This document shows positions 1 to 8,154 of a DNA stretch of 64,000 nucleotides, one piece after another. The notes under the pieces were generated by a model, which made no database searches, had not been told where the DNA came from, and saw nothing but the letters and a program-made list of their open reading frames with translations. Every line of letters begins with the position of its first letter. Positions within the stretch are counted from its first letter, which is position 1. The position numbers and the translations under genes are program-made. The DNA comes from Flavobacteriales bacterium (GTDB lineage Bacteria; Bacteroidota; Bacteroidia; Flavobacteriales; UBA7312): NCBI GenBank assembly GCA_037625715.1, contig JASJHQ010000049.1:1490-65489 (forward strand), given 5' to 3'.

Positions 1-265
1 TGTTTTTTACTTTGAAATGACAAAGCTGTGCGCAAACCATTAAGAATGCCATCGCCATTGAAGCAATAAACAAAAACTCTTGGTGCCATATTCCTAAAAT
101 CAGGATTGTTGCTAAAGAAATTTTAAGAGCGCCTACAAAGTTTCTTAAAAGATTAGAAAGTCCGTATTGCTTAAATTCTAGAACGATATTGTCGTACCTA
201 AAAACCCAAACTATTATTACAGAAATTGAAACTATAAGCTGTGCTAAGATTAGAATATTTTCCAT
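1..265 (-). CDS. DoxX-like integral membrane protein (partial, C-terminal part lies outside the window)
   Basis: Hand translation of the minus strand from ATG at 263-265 gives MENILILAQLIVSISVIIVWVFRYDNIVLEFKQYGLSNLLRNFVGALKISLATILILGIWHQEFLFIASMAMAFLMVCAQLCHFKVKN. The frame stays open to nt 1 and is hydrophobic. It is absent from the ORF track because there is no stop in the window. The family name is from memory only. Confidence 0.45.
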   Translation of the reverse strand, partial: MENILILAQLIVSISVIIVWVFRYDNIVLEFKQYGLSNLLRNFVGALKISLATILILGIWHQEFLFIASMAMAFLMVCAQLCHFKVKN

Positions 266-463
266 TGTGTTATTTTTTTTAAATATAGATATTAAATGTT
301 AACTCACAACAAAAGCGCTAAAATACACTAGAAATAAAAAACTTATTTAGTGAAATTTTTTTTCCGTTGTCCCATTTTTATAAAAAACACAGTAATGTCG
401 TTAAGAAAATAATGGGTTTTATTGTTGTTGTTTTATTCTATCTTTATTTTTCTAAATTAAAAA

Positions 464-1942
464 ATGTCAATACTTAAAAAAATTGTTAGTCAGTCGGCTA
501 TTTATTTTGTTGGAACTATTTTTTCTGTTCTAGTTGGCTTCTTTTTCAAAGTCTATATTTCAAGCCTTTTAGGCGCTCAAGGATTAGGGTTGTTTGCTCT
601 TGGAGTTTCCTCTATTTCTATTGCATCCATCTTTTTGACTTGGGGTTACGGAAACGGATTGATTCGTTTTATTTCTAAATACTCCGCTAGCAAAGATTAT
701 TCGAGGTTATATTTTTACATAAAAAAAACCGTTATAATTAATTTGATAATGGTTGCTTTTTTAAGCTCTATTTACTTTGTGTTTCCAGGGTTTATAGCAA
801 AATATCTACTTCACTCCCAAGAGATAGCGGAATACCTTCCTTTGTTCGGAATTTTTCTAATTATAAGCAGCTTTCTAAGTATTGGAGACCAAATAATTCG
901 AGGATTTCAAGAGGTGAAAAAAAGCACTTTGGTACATCATTTTATCCGACTTCCTTTTAAGGTAATAATTGCAGTTGTTCTTATTGGTGGCTATGATCTT
1001 TATGGCTATATCGTAGCCGAGCTTTTAGGTGGTGCTCTTGCTATTATTTTATTGTTTTTTATTATTAAAAAATTACTTCCTAGTGGACACTCTTTTTTTA
1101 AAAATAAAATTAGACGATCGAATTTAGAAGAAAAAAAATATGCAGGAAATATGCTTGTTATTGAGGTATTGGGAGTGTTGCAAAATCACGGAGAAAAAAT
1201 AATGTTAGTTTATTTTTTAAGCGCTTCTGATCTGGGTATTTATTCTGTTGTTTTAAGTGTTGTGGCTTTTATTCCTACTATATTGGTTTCGGTAAACTCT
1301 ATTTTTTCGCCTATAGTTTCTCAGTTTCACGAAAAAAATGAGATGGATAAATTGTCCTATTATTATAAGTTGAGCGCTAAGTATATATTTATTTTGACCT
1401 TCCCCCTTATTGCTTTTCTTGCATTGTATTGTAAAAATGTGCTTCAGTTTTTTGGTCCGGATTTTGAGTTAGGATACCCTTTACTAATTCTAGTAATTAT
1501 TGGGGAGTTAATAAACGTTTCTTTCGGAACTGTTGGCTCAATGTTAAAAATGATGGGATACGATAGTAAAATTAAAAATATTTCGGCAGTTACCTCTATT
1601 ATAACTTTTGTTTGTGCATACTTTTTTATTGAATTATTCGGTATTATTGGTATTGGTTTTAGCTATATTTTAAAAAATATTTTATACAACTTATGGTCTA
1701 GCATTGTGCTTTATCAAAAGAACAAAATCAATATTTTTGATGTGAATTATTTTAAATCTATAAGCTTGTTTTTTGGTGCTTTTACCCTTTGTTATTTCTT
1801 TTTGATTTTCAATAATTTAAGTGCTATTCAAATTATATTAGGAATCGGATTTTACTATGCTGGATTTTTACTTTTATGGTATGCTGTTTTAGGGAAAAAA
1901 GAGCTTCCTCAAATAATAGAATTATTAAAAAATGATAAGTAA
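464..1942 (+). CDS. oligosaccharide/polysaccharide flippase (Wzx-type, MOP superfamily)
   Basis: 492-aa polytopic membrane ORF. The N-terminus MSILKKIVSQSAIYFVGTIFS and overall helix pattern are typical of Polysacc_synt-type flippases. It overlaps the next ORF by 11 nt. Confidence 0.7.
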   Translation: MSILKKIVSQSAIYFVGTIFSVLVGFFFKVYISSLLGAQGLGLFALGVSSISIASIFLTWGYGNGLIRFISKYSASKDYSRLYFYIKKTVIINLIMVAFLSSIYFVFPGFIAKYLLHSQEIAEYLPLFGIFLIISSFLSIGDQIIRGFQEVKKSTLVHHFIRLPFKVIIAVVLIGGYDLYGYIVAELLGGALAIILLFFIIKKLLPSGHSFFKNKIRRSNLEEKKYAGNMLVIEVLGVLQNHGEKIMLVYFLSASDLGIYSVVLSVVAFIPTILVSVNSIFSPIVSQFHEKNEMDKLSYYYKLSAKYIFILTFPLIAFLALYCKNVLQFFGPDFELGYPLLILVIIGELINVSFGTVGSMLKMMGYDSKIKNISAVTSIITFVCAYFFIELFGIIGIGFSYILKNILYNLWSSIVLYQKNKINIFDVNYFKSISLFFGAFTLCYFFLIFNNLSAIQIILGIGFYYAGFLLLWYAVLGKKELPQIIELLKNDK

Positions 1943-2588
1943 GTTTCTTTATTTATATCAGCAAAAAAGATTGTTAAAAAGCAAAGATAAAAATGCTTTA
2001 AAAACGTTTGATAAAAACAAAACTATCTTTTTTCATATTCCTAAAACGGGAGGAAATTCTATTTATGAAAGCTTGTTCGAGAAAGAACAATGGGGACATA
2101 GAGACGTTGCTTATTATCGGTTTGTTTTTGGTCAAAAAAGGTTTGAAGCCTATTTTAAATTTTGCTTTGTAAGAAATCCGTTTGATCGTTTGTACTCTGC
2201 TTATTGTTTTTTAAAAAAAGGGGGAATGAACCAAGGTGATCAGGATTTTAACTCTACATATTTGAGTGAATACAGCTCTTTTGAAGATTTTGTACTAAAC
2301 GGATTGCACAAAAAAGAAATTATAAATTGGGTACACTTTAAGCCCCAATGCTCATTCCTTAAAAATAAAAAAGGACAATTAGAAGTAGACTTTGTAGGTA
2401 AATTAGAAAATATTGAAAGTGACTTTAATAAACTAAAAAGCCTATTAAAAAAGGAAAATAGCATACTTACTCACTTAAATAAAAGTAAAAAAGAAACTAT
2501 TGTGGTGAGCGATTCTTGTAAAAAAATCATTGAAACGGTCTATCAGGAAGATTTTAGCTTGTTTTATCCGGAACTACTTATTCCTTAA
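1932..2588 (+). CDS. sulfotransferase family protein (PAPS-dependent, family-2 type)
   Basis: 218 aa. It has a 5'-phosphosulfate-binding-like motif FFHIPKTGGNSI (nt 2028-2063) and a downstream FVRNPFDRLYSAY motif, both characteristic of Sulfotransfer_2 proteins. Confidence 0.7.
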   Translation: MISKFLYLYQQKRLLKSKDKNALKTFDKNKTIFFHIPKTGGNSIYESLFEKEQWGHRDVAYYRFVFGQKRFEAYFKFCFVRNPFDRLYSAYCFLKKGGMNQGDQDFNSTYLSEYSSFEDFVLNGLHKKEIINWVHFKPQCSFLKNKKGQLEVDFVGKLENIESDFNKLKSLLKKENSILTHLNKSKKETIVVSDSCKKIIETVYQEDFSLFYPELLIP

Positions 2589-2738
2589 AAGCTTGTCTAT
2601 ACCCAACCAAATTAAAATAACTGGCCAGTAAACTTTTATTATTTCTACTAAGGATACATCTAGTAATCCTAAGTTATTTAGTAAAAAAATCAATCCTATT
2701 AAAATTAATAAAATTCCTATAAATATTCCGTTTTTCAT
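2574..2738 (-). CDS. small two-helix membrane protein (LiaF/DUF5668-like transmembrane region)
   Basis: Hand-translated 54-codon ORF, too short for the ORF track: MKNGIFIGILLILIGLIFLLNNLGLLDVSLVEIIKVYWPVILIWLGIDKLLRNK, ATG at 2736-2738, TAG at 2574-2576. The YWPVILIWLG motif recalls LiaI/LiaF-like TM domains. Its 3' end overlaps the convergent sulfotransferase gene by 15 nt. Confidence 0.4.
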   Translation of the reverse strand: MKNGIFIGILLILIGLIFLLNNLGLLDVSLVEIIKVYWPVILIWLGIDKLLRNK

Positions 2739-2842
2739 AATCTAGTGGGTATGTCTATTATCTTATACTAATTAACAATATTATATTAAAAGCTATTAAT
2801 TAGAAACGAATACTTAGCTTTATTTATTATTACATTCGTATC

Positions 2843-4963
2843 ATGTCGAAGAAAAAGAAAAAACGCTCAATTAGTAAAGGGCCGTTAAAATCAGAATTAT
2901 TAAGAGTTTTTCGTCAATCTCCTAAAAAATCTTTTAACTACAAACAATTAGCTAAAGCCATTACTCTAGGAAGTGATGAAAGCTATAGCTTAATAAATGT
3001 TACTCTTGCTGAGTTAGAAAAAGAAGAAAAATTAATAGAGATTGGTAGAGGAAAATATAAATTCAGACCAATAAAAGAAGTTCCTTTAGAAGGAATTGTT
3101 GACGTTACAACAAGCGGAAATGCTTATGTAACCGTCGAAAACTTTGAAGAAGATGTTTTTATTCATAAAAAACATGTTAAAAATGTAGTTACTGGTGACA
3201 CTGTTGCTATATCTATATTTTCGAAATTTAAGAAAAATAAAAAAGAAGGTGAAATAATTGATGTTTTAGAACATCGAACAAAACGATTTGTTGGTATTGT
3301 AGAAATGGGTGAAAACTCTGCTTTCATAATTGTTCAAAGTTTAAAGGTTCATTTTGATATATTTCTTCCTAAAAAAGAATGTAAGGATATAAAAGACGGT
3401 CAGAAAGTGGTTGTGGAAGTACAAGATTGGGGCGATGGAAAAAATAGTCCTAGCGCTGTAGTTGTAGAAATTTTAGGATATCCAGGAGAGCATAATGTAG
3501 AAATACATTCGATTTTAGCCGAATATAATTTACCACATAATTTTGATCCTGAACTAGAGGATTACGCTAAATCTATTTCTTCCGAAATAAGTGAAGAGGA
3601 AATAAATAAAAGAAGAGATTTTAGAAAAATTACCACCTTTACCATTGATCCTCATGATGCTAAAGACTTTGATGATGCGTTATCTATCGAAGAAATTTCT
3701 AAAGATGTGTGGGAAATAGGAATCCATATTGCTGATGTGAGTCATTATATAAACGATAATGATAAAATAGACTTAGAAGCAAAAGAAAGAGCTACTTCTG
3801 TTTATTTGGTAGATAGAGTTGTTCCTATGCTTCCTGAAGTATTATCTAATCAATTGTGTTCTTTAAGAGCAAATGAAGAAAAATTATGTTTTTCTGCAGT
3901 ATTTCAAATAAATAAAGAAGGTAAAATATCCAACGAATGGTTTGGTAAAACAATTATTAATTCGGACCACCGATTTACTTACGAAGATGCTCAAGAAGTT
4001 ATAGAAAACAAACAAGGAAAATATTCTTCTGAGTTATCTATCATGAATAGTATAGCTAAAATATTAAGAGAAAAAAGAATGAAATCTGGTGCTTTCTCAT
4101 TCGAAAGATCAGAAACAAAATTTAATATTGACAAAGATGGAAACCCTCTATCTATCTATTTTAAAACAAGTAAAGAAGCTCATAAATTAATTGAAGAATT
4201 TATGTTGTTAGCTAATAGAAAAGTTGCAGAATTTATTGCTAAGAAAAATCTTACGTTTGTATACAGAATTCATGATTCTCCTGATCCTGAAAAATTACAG
4301 ACATTTAATGTTCTTCTTAAAAAGTTTGGTTACCACATACAAACCGAAAATAAAAACTCTATTTCTTCTTCTATGAATAGTCTTCTAAAAGAAGTGCAAG
4401 GGAAAGATGAATCTAATATGATTGAAACTTTAGCTATACGTACTATGGCTAAAGCGGTTTACACAACAGAAAATATAGGACATTACGGTTTAGCTTTTAA
4501 CCATTATACTCACTTTACAAGCCCTATTAGAAGATATCCTGACGTTATGGTACATCGTTTACTATTTCATTACTTAAACAAAGGCGCAGCTAGTAAATCA
4601 GCAACTATAGAGAACCAATGCAAGCACTCCTCAGAAAGAGAAATTATAGCATCTAAAGCAGAAAGAGCATCTATTAAATACATGCAAGCTAAATATATGT
4701 CTTCCAAAATTGGAGAAATATTTGACGGTATAGTTTCTGGTGTTACAGATTTCGGAATTTTTGTTGAAGTTAATAATACCGGTTGTGAAGGATTAATTAG
4801 AATGCGAGATATACCAGGAGACTTTTATACATTTAAAGAAGCAGATTATTGTGCTCAAGGTCATAACACTAAAAAAAGATATTACTTAGGAGATAAGCTT
4901 AGAGTTAAAATTAAGAACGTTAATTTAGAAAGAAAAGAAATAGATTTAGTTATTCTTATATAA
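2843..4963 (+). CDS. rnr: ribonuclease R
   Basis: 706 aa. It has RNB catalytic motifs (IDPHDAKDFDDALS, HYGLAFNHYTHFTSPIRRYPD), N-terminal cold-shock/OB regions and a C-terminal S1 domain (GIVSGVTDFGIFVEV). Confidence 0.95.
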   Translation: MSKKKKKRSISKGPLKSELLRVFRQSPKKSFNYKQLAKAITLGSDESYSLINVTLAELEKEEKLIEIGRGKYKFRPIKEVPLEGIVDVTTSGNAYVTVENFEEDVFIHKKHVKNVVTGDTVAISIFSKFKKNKKEGEIIDVLEHRTKRFVGIVEMGENSAFIIVQSLKVHFDIFLPKKECKDIKDGQKVVVEVQDWGDGKNSPSAVVVEILGYPGEHNVEIHSILAEYNLPHNFDPELEDYAKSISSEISEEEINKRRDFRKITTFTIDPHDAKDFDDALSIEEISKDVWEIGIHIADVSHYINDNDKIDLEAKERATSVYLVDRVVPMLPEVLSNQLCSLRANEEKLCFSAVFQINKEGKISNEWFGKTIINSDHRFTYEDAQEVIENKQGKYSSELSIMNSIAKILREKRMKSGAFSFERSETKFNIDKDGNPLSIYFKTSKEAHKLIEEFMLLANRKVAEFIAKKNLTFVYRIHDSPDPEKLQTFNVLLKKFGYHIQTENKNSISSSMNSLLKEVQGKDESNMIETLAIRTMAKAVYTTENIGHYGLAFNHYTHFTSPIRRYPDVMVHRLLFHYLNKGAASKSATIENQCKHSSEREIIASKAERASIKYMQAKYMSSKIGEIFDGIVSGVTDFGIFVEVNNTGCEGLIRMRDIPGDFYTFKEADYCAQGHNTKKRYYLGDKLRVKIKNVNLERKEIDLVILI

Positions 4964-5417
4964 TATATATTCTTTTAATTCTTAATTAAATATAATGATT
5001 ATGATAGGCTGTTAACTCGGTTAATAACAATAAAGATATTTTATTGCTTATGTGTGTTACTAAACATTTATAACAATCAGTTAACAAAAAACTATTATTT
5101 AATTATTTGATAATCAATTAATTATATATTCAATTAACAAAATTGACAATCTTGTTAATATAGATACTAACCACCAATTGCTTATAAATTTATAGTAGAT
5201 TTTCTATTTAATTTGTTAGTTACCCTTTCATAAATTGTTATTTAGTTTTGTTTAAAATTGATTGTTATTTATATAATTTTTACAACCACAATAATTAGTT
5301 GAATAATCAACAATAACTTTTAAAAGTTACTAACCTCAATTAACAATTACATTATTATTTTTGTTAAGAATTGTAATCAGAGTAAGTTTATTTATAAACA
5401 CCATATTTAATAAGGTA

Positions 5418-5858
5418 ATGGACATAAAAAATATAGGAATAGCATGCGATCATGCTGGGTTTGAGTATAAAGAAGAAGTAGTTAAATACTTAACTAATAA
5501 AGGTTTAGAAGTTCAAGACTTTGGATGTTATAGCGATGAAAGCGTTGATTATCCTGATTTAGCCCATCAATTATCAAAAAAAATTAACGATGGTGATTTA
5601 GAGTTAGGAATTCAGTTTTGTGGTTCTGGTAATGGTATTAATATGTCAGCAAACAAACACCAAGGAGTTCGTTCTGCTTTATGCTGGCAAGAAGATATTG
5701 CTCAATTAGCTAGGTTACACAACAATGCTAATATTTGTACTATGCCTGCTCGTTTTATTTCTTTAGAAAAAGCATTAAAAATTATTGATATTTTTCTTGC
5801 TACAGAATTTGAAGGAGGAAGACACCAACGTAGAGTAGATAAAATAGCTGCTTGTTAA
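5418..5858 (+). CDS. rpiB: ribose-5-phosphate isomerase B
   Basis: MDIKNIGIACDHAGFEYKEE...GSGNGINMSANKH...TEFEGGRHQRRVDKI is the RpiB/LacAB family signature. I trimmed the start to ATG 5418. The 19-codon extension in the track begins at a TTG in AT-rich non-coding sequence. Confidence 0.9.
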   Translation: MDIKNIGIACDHAGFEYKEEVVKYLTNKGLEVQDFGCYSDESVDYPDLAHQLSKKINDGDLELGIQFCGSGNGINMSANKHQGVRSALCWQEDIAQLARLHNNANICTMPARFISLEKALKIIDIFLATEFEGGRHQRRVDKIAAC

Positions 5859-5869
5859 ATTATAAAAAA

Positions 5870-6910
5870 ATGAGAAAATTATCTTTATTATTTTTGTTAG
5901 TTCCCTTTGTTACTTTTTCACAAGTAATAAATATTAACCAAGACAACACCAATTTAAAGTTTGCTAACTCTATTAATGTTGAGGACTTAAAAACCCACCT
6001 TTATACCTTAGCCAGCGACTCTATGCAAGGAAGAGAAACGGGTACTATAGGCCAGCAAATGGCAGCAGAATATATTGCCAATCATTTTAGAAAACTGGGA
6101 ATACCGCCTTATAAAAGAAAAACATATTACCAAGAATTTACAGTTAAGTCAAAAAGACATTCTTGTAAATGCAGCACTTGTGATGCTGACGCTATAAGTA
6201 AAAGAAAAAACCCTTCCGAAATTAGTGGAGAAAATGTTCTAGGGTTTATTGAAGGAACAGATTTAAAAAAGGAAATTATCGTAATAACTGCTCATTACGA
6301 TCACCTAGGAACTCACGATGGTGAAATTTTTAATGGCGCAGATGACGATGCTTCTGGTACGAGTGCAGCATTAGAAATTGCTCAAGCCTTTATGGACGCT
6401 AAAAATAGCGGACACGGCCCAAGAAGAAGTATTTTAATAATGGCTGTTTCTGGAGAAGAAAAAGGATTATTAGGATCTAAATACTATACCGACAACCCTA
6501 TTTATCCTTTAAAAAATACTATCACCAATTTAAATATTGACATGATAGGACGAATAGACGAATTTCATGAAGACCCTAATTATGTTTATCTAATAGGTTC
6601 CGATAAATTAAGCGCCGATTTACATAATATTAGCGAAGAAGTAAACAATAAATATTATAATATAGAGCTAGATTATACCTTTAATTCAGAGGATGATCCT
6701 AATAGATATTATTACAGATCGGATCATTATAATTTTGCCAAGAACAACATTCCTGTTATATTTTATTTTAACGGAATTCATGCTGATTACCACCAACCAT
6801 CCGATACCCCAGATAAAATTAATTACGAAAAGGTAGAAAAAATTACACGCCTTGTCTTTCTTACCGCTTGGGAATTAGCAAATAGAGACGAAAGGCCAAA
6901 ATTGGATTAA
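5870..6910 (+). CDS. M28 family zinc aminopeptidase (secreted)
   Basis: Signal peptide MRKLSLLFLLVPFVTFSQ. M28 metal-ligand motifs HYDHLG, GADDDASGTSA, SGEEKGLLGS and DMIG are present. I prefer ATG at 5870 over the TTG at 5852. Confidence 0.85.
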   Translation: MRKLSLLFLLVPFVTFSQVININQDNTNLKFANSINVEDLKTHLYTLASDSMQGRETGTIGQQMAAEYIANHFRKLGIPPYKRKTYYQEFTVKSKRHSCKCSTCDADAISKRKNPSEISGENVLGFIEGTDLKKEIIVITAHYDHLGTHDGEIFNGADDDASGTSAALEIAQAFMDAKNSGHGPRRSILIMAVSGEEKGLLGSKYYTDNPIYPLKNTITNLNIDMIGRIDEFHEDPNYVYLIGSDKLSADLHNISEEVNNKYYNIELDYTFNSEDDPNRYYYRSDHYNFAKNNIPVIFYFNGIHADYHQPSDTPDKINYEKVEKITRLVFLTAWELANRDERPKLD

Positions 6911-8154
6911 TCAACTATTATTTTTTTTCGTATAGAATTGTATACCACAATATAGACTCCACTCTTAAAAGAGTTCAATTCTACTTTTGAGGTGTTTTGT
7001 GAATAAACCCTCTGGCCTGTTATAGAGTACAAGTCAATATTATGGTTCTCACTAAAGGTTAGGGTATTGTTTTCTTTTATAAACGCATTTTTTTCTAGCT
7101 CAGATATAGAAACTGACGTTCCCCATCTTACCAAGCCTTGTTCGGTGCCTATCCAATAATCAGTATTATCTTTCGCTAAACACAAAACATAGTCGCTCGG
7201 AAGGGGACTATTATTGCTATTGTATTTTTCTGTGTTAGGAATGCCGTTGTTGAAGTAAAATCTAAAAAACCCAGCTCCGTTTGATCCTACGAACAAAAAC
7301 TGATCGTCGTCAAATAGCAAAGAGGTAAGGCTGTTAGACGGCCACTGATTACTCTCGACTGTATTGTAGATTAGCCAACTATCGTTGCTTAAATGAGACA
7401 CCAAGCCTCCATAAGGGGCTGCTAGCCATACGTTTTGGTTGTTGTCTATAGCAACGTCTATAGCGGTATTGTCGTTTATTCCACTATTAGAAGTATTACG
7501 CCAAATCATGCTATCGTTATACAAATAACCAAGACCTCCGTTTACTGTTCCCACAACTAAGGAGTCTCCCCTAACCGCCAAGGATCTTACGTTTATAAAA
7601 GAGTTTTCTAAGGAGGAGGTGTCGAGCACCAAAGAGAAGTCAGTATCGTATTTAAACAAACCATTTATAGTTGCTATATAGGCCTGGTTGTTTCTGTCAA
7701 AAACAACATCGTTTATCTGATTATTTAGTATGCTGTTTTGGTTGTTGTAGGTTGTCCAGCTATCTCCTTCTTTAATAGAGAGGCCGCTTAATGTACCTAC
7801 CCATAAATTTCCGTTATCATCAAGACTTAAAGACCTTACCTGAGGATTAGGCAGCTCAGCGGTAAACTCTTGCCACTCTCCACCATTTTTTAAATATAAG
7901 CCCCAGTTTGTGCCAACCCACAGCCCTTTGTCTTCATCGACCAATAGGCAGTTGATCTGGTTCTCAATCATTATGGTGTTGTCTATGTTATAAACAGACC
8001 AGGTCATTTGCCCAAACAGGGCCCCTAGAGGCCCTGTTTGTAACAAAATCAATATGACTAAAAACTTATTTGATAATAATTTTTTCAACCTTGTTTTGAC
8101 CGTTAGAAGAAATTTGAATAGTATAAATACCAGCTGATAAATCAGACCAGTCAA
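6907..8154 (-). CDS. beta-propeller (two-component-regulator-propeller type repeats) protein with T9SS type-A C-terminal sorting domain
   Basis: Repeated G.W.GT..GL blade motifs (LWVGTNWGLY, LWVGTLSGLS, AYIATINGLF, LVVGTVNGGL). The C-terminus DLYSITGQRVYS...GVYIVVYNSIRKKIIVD looks like a T9SS CTD. The start is uncertain: ATG 8154 overlaps the upstream gene by 89 nt, while TTG 8088 gives MKKLLSNKFLVILILL, a good signal peptide. Confidence 0.7.
   Translation of the reverse strand: MTGLIYQLVFILFKFLLTVKTRLKKLLSNKFLVILILLQTGPLGALFGQMTWSVYNIDNTIMIENQINCLLVDEDKGLWVGTNWGLYLKNGGEWQEFTAELPNPQVRSLSLDDNGNLWVGTLSGLSIKEGDSWTTYNNQNSILNNQINDVVFDRNNQAYIATINGLFKYDTDFSLVLDTSSLENSFINVRSLAVRGDSLVVGTVNGGLGYLYNDSMIWRNTSNSGINDNTAIDVAIDNNQNVWLAAPYGGLVSHLSNDSWLIYNTVESNQWPSNSLTSLLFDDDQFLFVGSNGAGFFRFYFNNGIPNTEKYNSNNSPLPSDYVLCLAKDNTDYWIGTEQGLVRWGTSVSISELEKNAFIKENNTLTFSENHNIDLYSITGQRVYSQNTSKVELNSFKSGVYIVVYNSIRKKIIVD

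Noticed and set aside
5361-5417. 19-codon N-terminal extension of rpiB in the ORF track (MLRIVIRVSLFINTIFNKV)
   Set aside because: It starts at a TTG within the AT-rich spacer. RpiB homologues begin at the MDIKNIGIACDHAG equivalent, and the extension has no function-like features.
4964-5417. oriC (DnaA-box cluster) in the AT-rich spacer
   Set aside because: The best matches to TTATCCACA are only 6/9 (around 5167 and 5283), and there is no dnaA/dnaN nearby. It is kept only as a remote possibility in the finding on this region.
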